NCBI RefSeq assembly: GCF_000018465.1
Contig: NC_010085.1
Location: forward strand, 210,001-242,000
From: Nitrosopumilus maritimus SCM1
GTDB lineage: Archaea; Thermoproteota; Nitrososphaeria; Nitrososphaerales; Nitrosopumilaceae
Length of the DNA stretch: 32,000 bases
Reading direction: 5' to 3'
The position numbers and the translations under genes were made by a program. The notes beneath the pieces were generated by a model. That model was not told the origin of the DNA. It worked only from the letters and a program-made list of their open reading frames with translations, and made no database searches. Of this stretch, positions 23,806 through 32,000 are shown piece after piece. Numbering within the stretch: position 1 is the first letter of the stretch; each line of letters begins with the position of its first letter.

Positions 23806-24882
23806 TTGGGTAACGTAAGTTTTGATGTAATGAATGCACGAGTAACTTTCAAAAATGTACCAATTCACTCTTTATCAAAATTTGAATTCAAAGATGTGTC
23901 TGCTGCATGTGAAGAATTCAAAAAAATTCCTGGCGTTGATGAATGTATAATTATTCAAACTGCAAGTAGAGTTGAAATCTTTACAGTAAGTAATGTTGAA
24001 GATGATGATTCTCCTGATGCAAGAAGAGATGAAGCAAAAGGTCTTATCTTAAATCAAGTTAAAGACACTTGGGTATCATTATCTTCTTTAGAACAAATAG
24101 ACATTGATCATTTTGATCAAACAATTGAGGTTTACAAAGGCAATGATGTCTATCTTAATTTATTACGTTTAGCTGCAGGACTTGATTCTTTCGTTGTAGG
24201 TAAGAGAGAAGTGTATGATGAAATAGTTCAATCTCTTGAGAAAGCAAAACAAGCAGGAACTTCTGGTAAGATTTTGAATAAATTATTTGATAGCGTTGTT
24301 CGACTAGCCACAAAAATGAGAGATGCTACTGGAATTGAAAAAGATGTTATCTCTCTTGGTGATATTGCAGTAAAACTGGTAGATGAAAAAGCTGGCTTGG
24401 ATGCTAAAAAGAAGGTATTGTTAATGGGAACTGGTGAATCTGCAGCACAAGTTGCAAAGACTCTCAACAAGAAAGAAGTTCCTTATGATGTTGCTAGCAG
24501 AACTCTTGATAGGGCTACAGGTTTTTCAACTGTTGTGGGTGGAACTCCTGTTGATTTTAATGATGCATTGGCAGGTTTAGACAAGTATGATATTGTATTT
24601 GTTGCAACAACTGCCGACTATTTCATAATCACTCATGAAAGAATTAGACTAGTTATGGAAGAAAAGAAGAAAGGTACTCTAATCATGGATATTTCAGAAC
24701 CAAGAGCTGTTAATGAGGATATCACCTCTCTTCCAGGAATCAAATTATTATTTAGAGATCAAATTGCTGAACTCTACGAAGAAAGTGTTAAAGCTAGAAA
24801 AGGCATTGTTCCTGCAGTTGAAAAAATCATAGACAAAGAACTTCCTGTCTTGTCAGTTAGAATGCAAAAATTAGAAAATTAA
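23806..24882 (+). CDS. Glutamyl-tRNA reductase homologue lacking the catalytic cysteine (HemA-like)
   Basis: Collinear with Methanopyrus kandleri GluTR: 'GLDSFVVGKREV' vs 'GLESMMVGEQEI', NADPH loop 'VLLMGTGESA' vs 'VLVVGAGEMG', 'IMDISEPRAV' vs 'IIDIANPRDV'. The active-site 'QTCNRVE' reads 'QTASRVE', and the C-terminal dimerisation region is short. TTG start (alternative ATG at 23830). Confidence 0.75.
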   Translation: MGNVSFDVMNARVTFKNVPIHSLSKFEFKDVSAACEEFKKIPGVDECIIIQTASRVEIFTVSNVEDDDSPDARRDEAKGLILNQVKDTWVSLSSLEQIDIDHFDQTIEVYKGNDVYLNLLRLAAGLDSFVVGKREVYDEIVQSLEKAKQAGTSGKILNKLFDSVVRLATKMRDATGIEKDVISLGDIAVKLVDEKAGLDAKKKVLLMGTGESAAQVAKTLNKKEVPYDVASRTLDRATGFSTVVGGTPVDFNDALAGLDKYDIVFVATTADYFIITHERIRLVMEEKKKGTLIMDISEPRAVNEDITSLPGIKLLFRDQIAELYEESVKARKGIVPAVEKIIDKELPVLSVRMQKLEN

Positions 24883-24887
24883 TTTTC

Positions 24888-25055
24888 TTAAAGACCCTGT
24901 TTTCTCAATAGGAATTGCATAATAGCTTCCTTAGAGTAGTCGATTCCATGTTCCTCTTCAGTGTGATTTCTAAAGTTTTCAATAACTTGTTCTGTTTCCC
25001 CATCAGCTACAAAATCACATTCAAAACCATAATCTCTACACTTGAGTTCTGTCAT
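24888..25055 (-). CDS. DUF1059-family small metal-binding protein (55 aa), absent from the supplied ORF track
   Basis: Hand translation: MTELKCRDYGFECDFVADGETEQVIENFRNHTEEEHGIDYSKEAIMQFLLRKQGL*. The 'C.D.GF.CDF...GET.E...' plus 'H..E.HG' pattern is typical of DUF1059. A TATA-like element lies ~25 nt upstream. Confidence 0.7.
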   Translation of the reverse strand: MTELKCRDYGFECDFVADGETEQVIENFRNHTEEEHGIDYSKEAIMQFLLRKQGL

Positions 25056-25139
25056 GCTTTTGGAAAAAAAGTCTCACTATAAAAATCCACAGGTAATGTT
25101 GGTATAGTGATAATAGATCTTGGAAAGAAAACTTGTTCT

Positions 25140-25982
25140 TTATCCGTAGGATTCAAACTTGATGCCAAAACTTCCGTCTGGCTTCTTTTCGTGTTCTGTA
25201 ACAAATCCTTGTGGTCCTAAAGAATCAATTACTCCATCAATAGTGCCTTGATAACCACAAATGTAGATGATAGTATTTTCAGGTGTAATTTTTTCTCCCA
25301 CCATTTCTTCTACAGGTGACATTCCTGTCTTTTTATCAGGTGCAAAGAATGATTCTACTCTGCCTACATGACCATTCCATGATCTATTGAAAAATTCTTT
25401 TGGTCTACTAATAGCTGCTCTATATCTAAAGTTCCATTGATCTCTTCCTCGTCTTTCGCTTTCCATCTCTAAATCTGTAAAGAGACGTTTGTAGCTTAAC
25501 TCATCAACATAACTAGCACCATGTAAAACAACCACTTCTCTTTTGTCATTTACATCGTGGAAATGTTTTGCAAATGCAACAAATGGTGCAATACCTGTAC
25601 CACCACCAACACAAATTACTCTTCTTTTATCTTCTTCTCCATTTGGAAGCGTGTCACTAATTTGTAATGCAGTTCCACTAGGATCACCTAACCAAACTTC
25701 ATCACCAACACTTGCATAGAATAATTCTGTAGTAACTCTTCCTGGAAGTGGTTTTCTTACCCATCTAATTACAAATTCAAAATAATCTCTGTTTTCTGCA
25801 TGTGATGCAATGGAATATGCTCTTCTAACAATTTTTTTTTCTGCTGGTATTGGAACACCGATTGTCAAAAATTGACCTGTATGATATTCTGGCATTCCTC
25901 CTTCTGGAAGTAGTCTGATAATTACAAGATCTTCTTTTAATAATTCTCTGTAAATTACCTTAGCCTTTGTCTCACTAACCAT
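25140..25982 (-). CDS. Ferredoxin-NADP+ reductase-like flavoenzyme, paralogue 2
   Basis: 'RRAYSIAS' and 'GGGTGIAPF'. Full-length collinear with 13939-14784. Confidence 0.8.
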   Translation of the reverse strand: MVSETKAKVIYRELLKEDLVIIRLLPEGGMPEYHTGQFLTIGVPIPAEKKIVRRAYSIASHAENRDYFEFVIRWVRKPLPGRVTTELFYASVGDEVWLGDPSGTALQISDTLPNGEEDKRRVICVGGGTGIAPFVAFAKHFHDVNDKREVVVLHGASYVDELSYKRLFTDLEMESERRGRDQWNFRYRAAISRPKEFFNRSWNGHVGRVESFFAPDKKTGMSPVEEMVGEKITPENTIIYICGYQGTIDGVIDSLGPQGFVTEHEKKPDGSFGIKFESYG

Positions 25983-26005
25983 ACCACAAGTTTTTTCGCT
26001 ACTTT

Positions 26006-26018
26006 GGATAAATATATT
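26006..26018 (-). promoter_or_regulatory. TATA-like promoter element AATATATTTATCC (gene orientation) of FNR-like paralogue 2
   Basis: Same sequence (1 mismatch) and same 24-nt spacing to the ATG as the element at 14808-14820. Confidence 0.45.
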
Positions 26019-26067
26019 TCTGTTATATCTGATGAAAAAATTAATTTCTTAACGAAAATTTGAAACT

Positions 26068-26874
26068 TTATTCGTTCATTTGTGACATTATTTCATCAAG
26101 AATTTTCTGATTTGCAGCTGCAATAAAAGAAACTCTTGTGTCATAGCTTAGATCCGCATCTAGTGGATTCAAATTTGCATCCAGTAATAATCCTCCAGCT
26201 TCTTTGACAATCAAATAACCTGCTGCAATATCTTGAATTCTAATTTTATCCCGTAAATCGATGAAAATATCCATTAATCCTCTTGCAAATAATGCCATTT
26301 CGAGCGCGTTAGCACCAAAATGTCTTGTATGATTATGATTTTCAAATATTGGATGAAGTTTCTTCATTAATTCAGTTGATGCACCTGATGTGTTAATCCC
26401 AACAATTTTGTAAATTGGATCTTTGTTATGTACTTTCATTTGTTCTTGATTGAAATACGAACCCTTGTCTTTTGATGCCCAATACATTTCACCATTATGT
26501 AGATTCGTGATAACTCCATCAGTGATGGAGCTAAGTTTGTTTTCTGTTGCAAAAGCTAATGAACTACAAAAGAAAGGGACTCCTCTCACTGCATTTGCAG
26601 AACCGTCAATTGCATCCATAATTACATAACCTTTTGGTTCTTTTGATAATTCAACTCTACCACATTCTTCACCTAAAACTACGCATGGAAAATTAATTTC
26701 TTTTAAAAAATCTAGAACCGTTTTTTCTGCAATAATGTCTATGTTTCTTGAAATATCTCCACCTGCACCTCTTCCAAAATCCCCTGCAGCATGTTCAGTT
26801 CCTGCAAGATCTTTTACATTTTCGTAAATCTTGTTTGAAACTTCACGAAGAATTTCGATAACTTCCACAAACAA
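26068..26874 (-). CDS. Inositol monophosphatase / fructose-1,6-bisphosphatase family phosphatase
   Basis: Metal-binding motifs 'LGEECG' and 'VIMDAIDGSANA' (compare 'DPIDGT'), plus C-terminal 'QDIAAGYLIVKEAGG'. TTG/GTG start; no in-frame ATG nearby. Confidence 0.85.
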   Translation of the reverse strand: MFVEVIEILREVSNKIYENVKDLAGTEHAAGDFGRGAGGDISRNIDIIAEKTVLDFLKEINFPCVVLGEECGRVELSKEPKGYVIMDAIDGSANAVRGVPFFCSSLAFATENKLSSITDGVITNLHNGEMYWASKDKGSYFNQEQMKVHNKDPIYKIVGINTSGASTELMKKLHPIFENHNHTRHFGANALEMALFARGLMDIFIDLRDKIRIQDIAAGYLIVKEAGGLLLDANLNPLDADLSYDTRVSFIAAANQKILDEIMSQMNE

Positions 26875-26944
26875 TATTTTTTGCTTCGTAATTTAAGTGA
26901 AGAAAATATTTGTTTTGAAAGCATAAATAACAACACATTGAATT

Positions 26945-28072
26945 TTGAATGTGAGCGGAAAAGATGAATCAATTTTTAGTAAAAGTGCTTTAATGGGAAC
27001 AAAACCTGGAAAACAAATCATCAAACAAGGTTTATTCAAATCCAAAGGATTCAAATTATTTAATCAATATAAGCAAGAGGCCGAAGATGGATTCACTCCA
27101 TTTGCTCAAAGATTTGCAAAAAATCTCTTTGAACAAATTAATGCTGATCAATCTCCAAATACCACACAACAACAATTTGCTGAAGAAGTAGGTTCTACTG
27201 AAATTATTTTGAATGCATCTGAAATTGAGCCTATCAAATCTAAATTACAAGATTTTGACACCTTACATGATAGAGTACTTAGAATTTTAAATTCTAATTT
27301 TGTCAAAATGACATTTCCTGTTTTTAATGGTCTTTTTGACGCATCTACAGATTATTTCAAAGATGATAAAAACACTACAATGAGAGAAGATATTGTTGAT
27401 GGTCACATTATTGCAATTGATCTTAGTGAACCAATGGATAGAATTGTAGATAAAGATGAAGACTTGGAATACTTGGATGATTACAAATTGATGAATCCAT
27501 ATATTTTGAAACTTGCAAGAGAAAAAATTTCAAAAGGTGGCGAAGATGTACTCAAAGAATTTGAAGAGGGTTTTAAACAAGCAAGAATTGGACAATATCT
27601 TGATACAAAATTAAAAGAAAAACCTACTGAAATTACTGAAGAAGAATTAATTGAAAGTTACAAAAAATATCGTTCTGTTATGGGAACTGCCGGTAGAAAT
27701 ATGGCTTTAAATCGAGCACCTTTAGCTGATATTTTTTACACGGGAATGGCAAAAGCTGCTGAATCTGTAGGATGTGGAAATGAAATTGAAGATAGTATTA
27801 GGGATAAAGCTGCAAAAATTCCTTCTTGGCCATTATTTTATTCATTGAAAATGAATGATGCAAAACGTGGATTTGAAGAAACAATGAAACATAGTGAATC
27901 TTATTTGAGAGAAGCAAGAGATGCTCTAGAAAAATTACCTGATAATTTTTCACATACTAAATTTTTAGAATTCCTATTTCTTACTGTAGAACATTATAAT
28001 CAATTTTGGTATAAGAAATTACAAGAAGAAAACATTTGGTCAGATTTGAACAAAAATCTTCCAAGAAAGTGA
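26945..28072 (+). CDS. Hypothetical protein (375 aa), acidic and mostly helical, no family recognised
   Basis: Long uninterrupted ORF with coding-like composition, ending 8 nt before rfcL. Start uncertain (TTG 26945, GTG 26951 or ATG 26993). Confidence 0.5.
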   Translation: MNVSGKDESIFSKSALMGTKPGKQIIKQGLFKSKGFKLFNQYKQEAEDGFTPFAQRFAKNLFEQINADQSPNTTQQQFAEEVGSTEIILNASEIEPIKSKLQDFDTLHDRVLRILNSNFVKMTFPVFNGLFDASTDYFKDDKNTTMREDIVDGHIIAIDLSEPMDRIVDKDEDLEYLDDYKLMNPYILKLAREKISKGGEDVLKEFEEGFKQARIGQYLDTKLKEKPTEITEEELIESYKKYRSVMGTAGRNMALNRAPLADIFYTGMAKAAESVGCGNEIEDSIRDKAAKIPSWPLFYSLKMNDAKRGFEETMKHSESYLREARDALEKLPDNFSHTKFLEFLFLTVEHYNQFWYKKLQEENIWSDLNKNLPRK

Positions 28073-28080
28073 TAAAATTG

Positions 28081-29238
28081 ATGTGGTCTGAAAAATATCG
28101 ACCTCAGATTATTTCTGACATGGTTGGAAACGAAGAGTCTCGTGCAGCAATCATGGAATGGTTTGCCAAATGGAAAAAAGGCACAAAACCTCTACTCTTG
28201 GCTGGCCCTCCTGGAATAGGAAAAACCACTATGGCATTTCTTGTTGCCAAACAATTTGGCTACGATATGATTGGACTTAATGCAAGTGATGTTAGAAGTA
28301 AATCACGAATTAATGAAATTCTTACTCCTGTATTAGGAAATGTAAGCGTTCTTGGAACTCCAATGATATTTGTTGATGAAGTAGATGGAATTCATGGTCG
28401 TGGAGACTATGGCGGGGTTGCAGCACTTGTTGATATTCTAAAAGAACCAACTGTTCCAATTATTCTTGCTGCAAATGATGACACTTCTGATAAAATGAAA
28501 AATATCAAAAAAGTTGTTAAAACAATTTCTTTCAAAAAAATTCCTCCACGTCTTCTTCGAGTTTATTTAGAAAATATTTTGAAAAAAGAAAGTGCTAAAC
28601 TTAGTCCTGGTTCATTAATCAAAGTAATCGACAAATCTAGAGGCGACATACGTTCAATGATCAATTTAACACAATCCATGGTTACAGGATTTAATCCCCA
28701 AACAGAAACAACATTTGAAAATATTGATGTTGAAGATGGAGTTAATGCATTTTTCAAATCAAAATCTGTTGATGAAGCTAGAGGTGTTTTATATTCTATG
28801 CAAATTGATCCTAGAGAAAAAATTAATGCATTTTATTCTAGCATTGTTATGAGTAGTTTAGATCCTGAAACTCTTGCAAAATATTTGGAAATAATTTCTG
28901 AAGCTGATATGTTATATGGAAAAATTGTTAGAACGCAAAATTGGAGATTACTCAGATATCTTAACGACATTTTGATCAAACTTTATCATGATGATGATAG
29001 GGTTAGATATGCACAATACAATCTTTCGTGGCCTTTACTTAATAGAATTCGTTGGGATGGTTCAAAAATAAAATCACTTTCATCTGTTATGGCAAAAAAA
29101 TTACATTTGTCATCTAGTGCATTTGTTACATTTGGATTGCCTTTTGTTTTATTTTGTATAAAAAATAATGCGTTGGAACTGGAACTAGAAGAAACGTTTG
29201 GTGATATTATTGAAAAGGAGATTGAATTGATACAATGA
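28081..29238 (+). CDS. rfcL: Replication factor C large subunit
   Basis: 'MWSEKYRP', Walker A 'GPPGIGKTT', Walker B 'FVDEVDG', sensor region 'GDIRSMIN'. ATG 28081 is preferred over the track's upstream start at 28036, which overlaps the previous ORF. Confidence 0.85.
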   Translation: MWSEKYRPQIISDMVGNEESRAAIMEWFAKWKKGTKPLLLAGPPGIGKTTMAFLVAKQFGYDMIGLNASDVRSKSRINEILTPVLGNVSVLGTPMIFVDEVDGIHGRGDYGGVAALVDILKEPTVPIILAANDDTSDKMKNIKKVVKTISFKKIPPRLLRVYLENILKKESAKLSPGSLIKVIDKSRGDIRSMINLTQSMVTGFNPQTETTFENIDVEDGVNAFFKSKSVDEARGVLYSMQIDPREKINAFYSSIVMSSLDPETLAKYLEIISEADMLYGKIVRTQNWRLLRYLNDILIKLYHDDDRVRYAQYNLSWPLLNRIRWDGSKIKSLSSVMAKKLHLSSSAFVTFGLPFVLFCIKNNALELELEETFGDIIEKEIELIQ

Positions 29239-29546
29239 GTTGGAGAAAAATACCAATGAAGTTCCCAGGAACTTGTATTGTATGTAATGAAAAAATTGAG
29301 ATCAATGAAATCGGTCTTTGGGCTAAAGGACTAGGAGTAAAACATGAAAAATGTGCTGAAATCAATGAATTACAGTGTATAGTATGTGGTGGTCCTGCAG
29401 GATGTCAACAGTGTGAGTTTCAGGAAATCTGTGATATTGCAAATGTATCTCAATTTTGTATGTGTAAGAATTGCAGTGAGCAAAAAACCCCCTTTGACTC
29501 CTACCAGAAAACAACCAACAAAAAATTCCCAATTATTAACTCATAA
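29235..29546 (+). CDS. Cys-rich zinc-ribbon-like hypothetical protein
   Basis: 103 aa with CxxC (CIVCNE), HxxC, CxxC (CIVCGG), CxxC (CQQCE) and CxCxxC clusters. ATGA start/stop overlap with rfcL. Confidence 0.5.
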   Translation: MSWRKIPMKFPGTCIVCNEKIEINEIGLWAKGLGVKHEKCAEINELQCIVCGGPAGCQQCEFQEICDIANVSQFCMCKNCSEQKTPFDSYQKTTNKKFPIINS

Positions 29547-29555
29547 TTTTACAAT

Positions 29556-29563
29556 TTTTTTTC
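29556..29563 (+). terminator. T8 tract, candidate terminator of the rfcL operon
   Basis: TTTTTTTT lies 10 nt after the stop at 29546; a second T7 run is at 29587-29593. Confidence 0.35.
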
Positions 29564-29652
29564 AAACTTGTCTGTTATTTTCTAAATTTTTTTAAAATAA
29601 ATTTCTGTAAACTAAATTAATATAGGAAATCGTTTTGGACTAGATCACTATC

Positions 29653-31200
29653 ATGCATTCTGAAAAACTCGAAAATTATAACAACAAACACAAAACTTCT
29701 CAACAAGGCGGTGGTCAGGATAGGATCAAAGCCCAGCATGATAAAGGCAAATTAACTGCCCGAGAAAGAATCGATCTTCTATTAGATGAGGGTAGTTTTA
29801 CCGAAATCGACCCAATGGTAACTCATCATTATCATGAATATGATATGCAGAAAAAGAAGTTCTTTACTGATGGTGTAGTTGGTGGTTATGGAAATGTCAA
29901 CGGTAGACAAATCTTCGTATTTGCTTATGATTTCACTGTTCTTGGTGGAACTCTAAGTCAAATGGGTGCCAAAAAAATTACTAAATTAATGGATCATGCA
30001 GTTAGAACTGGATGTCCAGTTATCGGAATCATGGATTCTGGTGGTGCAAGAATTCAAGAAGGAATAATGAGTCTTGATGGATTTGCAGATATTTTTTATC
30101 ATAATCAATTAGCTTCAGGAGTTGTTCCTCAAATTACAGCAAGTATTGGTCCTTCTGCAGGTGGCTCAGTGTATTCACCAGCTATGACAGACTTTGTCGT
30201 AATGGTGGAAAAGGCAGGATCAATGTTTGTTACTGGTCCTGATGTTGTAAAGACAGTTTTGGGTGAAGAAATTTCAATGGATGATCTTGGTGGAGCTATG
30301 ACACATGGTTCAAAAAGTGGAGTTGCACATTTTGTTGCACAAAACGAATACGAATGTATGGATTACATCAAAAAATTAATCTCTTACATACCACAAAATA
30401 ATTCTGAAGAACCACCAAAAATAAAAACCGATGATGATCCAAACAGATTAGATAATAATCTCATTAATGTTATCCCAGAAAATCCATTACAACCTTATGA
30501 TATGAAAGAAATTATCAATTCTATTGTAGATAATCATGAGTTCTTTGAAGTTCATGAATTATTTGCACCAAATATTGTCGTAGGTTATGCTAGAATGGAT
30601 GGTCAAGTAGTTGGAATAATTGCAAACAATCCAATGCATTTAGCAGGAGCACTTGACATTGATTCATCAAATAAATCTGCACGTTTCATTAGATTCTGTG
30701 ATGCATTTAACATTCCCATTATCACTTTAGTAGATACACCAGGTTACATGCCAGGTTCTAATCAAGAACACAACGGTATCATTAGACATGGTAGTAAATT
30801 GCTCTATGCATACTGTGAAGCAACCGTTCCAAGAATTACACTTGTAATTGGAAAGGCATATGGTGGCGCATACATTGCAATGGGAAGTAAGAACCTTCGA
30901 ACTGACATTAATTATGCATGGCCAACTGCACGTTGTGCTGTACTAGGTGGTGAAGCTGCTGTAAAAATCATGAACAGAAAAGATTTGGCAGACGCAGATA
31001 ATCCTGAAGAACTTAAGAAGAAATTGATTGATGAGTTTACAGAAAAATTCGAAAACCCATACGTTGCAGCATCACACGGAACAGTTGATAATGTAATTGA
31101 TCCCGCAGAAACAAGACCTATGTTGATTAAAGCCCTCAAAATGCTTGCAAACAAAAGAGAAAAACAACTTCCTAGAAAACATGGAAATATCAATTTGTGA
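29653..31200 (+). CDS. pccB: Acetyl-/propionyl-CoA carboxylase carboxyltransferase subunit
   Basis: 515 aa. 'MDSGGARIQEG', 'GPSAGGSVYSPA', 'VDTPGYMPG', 'GKAYGGAYIAM' carboxyltransferase motifs. Confidence 0.92.
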   Translation: MHSEKLENYNNKHKTSQQGGGQDRIKAQHDKGKLTARERIDLLLDEGSFTEIDPMVTHHYHEYDMQKKKFFTDGVVGGYGNVNGRQIFVFAYDFTVLGGTLSQMGAKKITKLMDHAVRTGCPVIGIMDSGGARIQEGIMSLDGFADIFYHNQLASGVVPQITASIGPSAGGSVYSPAMTDFVVMVEKAGSMFVTGPDVVKTVLGEEISMDDLGGAMTHGSKSGVAHFVAQNEYECMDYIKKLISYIPQNNSEEPPKIKTDDDPNRLDNNLINVIPENPLQPYDMKEIINSIVDNHEFFEVHELFAPNIVVGYARMDGQVVGIIANNPMHLAGALDIDSSNKSARFIRFCDAFNIPIITLVDTPGYMPGSNQEHNGIIRHGSKLLYAYCEATVPRITLVIGKAYGGAYIAMGSKNLRTDINYAWPTARCAVLGGEAAVKIMNRKDLADADNPEELKKKLIDEFTEKFENPYVAASHGTVDNVIDPAETRPMLIKALKMLANKREKQLPRKHGNINL

Positions 31201-31205
31201 TTAAA

Positions 31206-32000
31206 ATGATTGAGAAAGTACTTATTGCAAACAGAGGAGAAATTGCTCTCAGAGTAATTAGAACATGTAATGCATTAGGTATCAAGACTGTTGCAGTATA
31301 CTCTGATGAGGATTACAATTCTTTACATGTAAAGAAAGCTGATGAATCTTATCACATTGGGGAAGCAGCTCCTGCAAAATCTTATCTTAATCAAGAAAAA
31401 ATTCTTGAAGTGATGCTGTCATCTGGTGCAGATGCTGTACATCCAGGTTATGGTTTCCTTTCTGAAAATGATGACTTTGCAAGATTATGTGAAAAAAATA
31501 AAATTAATTTCATTGGTCCATCTGCTGACTCCATGAATCTATGTGGTGATAAGATGGAATGTAAAGCAGCAATGTTAAAAGCTCAAGTTCCAACAGTACC
31601 TGGAAGTCCAGGATTAGTAGATACCGCAGAAGAAGCAGAAAAAATTGCAAATGAAATTGGTTATCCTGTACTCTTGAAATCAGTTTATGGTGGTGGAGGT
31701 CGTGGAATCAGATTAGTTACCACTGATCAAGAACTACGAGAAGGTTTTGAAACAGTAACTTCTGAATCTATTGCTGCTGTAGGAAAATCTGCAATCATTG
31801 TTGAAAAATTCCTAGAAAAAACAAGACACATTGAATATCAAATGTGTAGAGATCATCATGGTAATGCTGTACACCTCTTTGAGAGAGAATGTTCTATTCA
31901 AAGAAGAAATCAAAAACTAATTGAACAAACTCCTTCCCCTGTTGTAGATGAAGCAAAACGAGAAGAGATTGGTGAATTAGTTGTTAAAGCAGCAGAAGCT
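31206..32000 (+). CDS. accC: Acetyl-/propionyl-CoA carboxylase biotin carboxylase subunit (5' part; runs off the window)
   Basis: Hand translation from ATG 31206: 'MIEKVLIANRGEIALRVIRTC...HPGYGFLSEN...GGGGRGIRLV...ERECSIQRRNQK'. Not in the ORF track because no stop occurs within the window. Confidence 0.92.
   Translation, partial: MIEKVLIANRGEIALRVIRTCNALGIKTVAVYSDEDYNSLHVKKADESYHIGEAAPAKSYLNQEKILEVMLSSGADAVHPGYGFLSENDDFARLCEKNKINFIGPSADSMNLCGDKMECKAAMLKAQVPTVPGSPGLVDTAEEAEKIANEIGYPVLLKSVYGGGGRGIRLVTTDQELREGFETVTSESIAAVGKSAIIVEKFLEKTRHIEYQMCRDHHGNAVHLFERECSIQRRNQKLIEQTPSPVVDEAKREEIGELVVKAAEA

Noticed and set aside
28036-28080. Upstream start of rfcL (MVRFEQKSSKKVIKL...) that overlaps the preceding ORF
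   Set aside because: The extension overlaps the 3' end of the 375-aa ORF and precedes the canonical 'MWSEKYRP' N-terminus shared with rfcS, so ATG 28081 was chosen.
1-32000. Searched by eye for CRISPR arrays, IS elements/transposases, integrases next to the four tRNA genes, toxin-antitoxin or other defence genes, and C/D-box sRNAs (UGAUGA...CUGA) in intergenic gaps
   Set aside because: I found no spaced direct repeats, terminal inverted repeats, recombinase-like ORFs or convincing C/D box pairs. The intergenic gaps (at most ~260 bp) are accounted for by promoters, T-tracts, tRNAs and one small ORF.

Overview
AT-rich (roughly one-third GC by eye), very gene-dense archaeal chromosome segment. 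It looks like a marine ammonia-oxidising thaumarchaeon (Nitrosopumilus-like). Supporting content: archaeal replication genes (RFC small and large subunits, a GINS23-like/MCM/Hel308 operon), Alba, a four-gene succinate dehydrogenase operon (sdhA-C-D-B), and a carboxyltransferase plus biotin carboxylase pair typical of the 3-hydroxypropionate/4-hydroxybutyrate CO2-fixation carboxylase. Also present: two paralogous ferredoxin-NADP reductase-like genes, a Sulfolobus-type ferredoxin, argH, ilvE, an IMPase/FBPase-family gene, a small two-component module (binding protein + HAMP histidine kinase + single-domain receiver), a glycan-related cluster and four tRNAs (Ser-UGA, Ala-GGC, Lys-UUU, Asp-GUC). 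Genes are packed with 4-8 nt start/stop overlaps. Most start codons lie about 25 nt downstream of a TATA-like box, which suggests leaderless mRNAs. I see no CRISPR array, transposase, integrase, prophage or defence genes, so this reads as core genome, not an accessory island. Items most worth a second look: (1) eight GATC sites with nested palindromes in 97 bp directly upstream of the GINS-MCM-Hel308 operon; (2) a glutamyl-tRNA-reductase homologue whose catalytic TCNR motif reads TASR and whose C-terminus is short; (3) a perfect 24-bp tandem palindrome over the padR start, next to the sdh promoter; (4) an uncharacterised 375-aa ORF and a Cys-rich 103-aa ORF flanking rfcL; (5) an orphan membrane-anchored PhnD-like binding protein coupled to a histidine kinase. 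All functional calls rest on motif recognition by eye; no database search was run.
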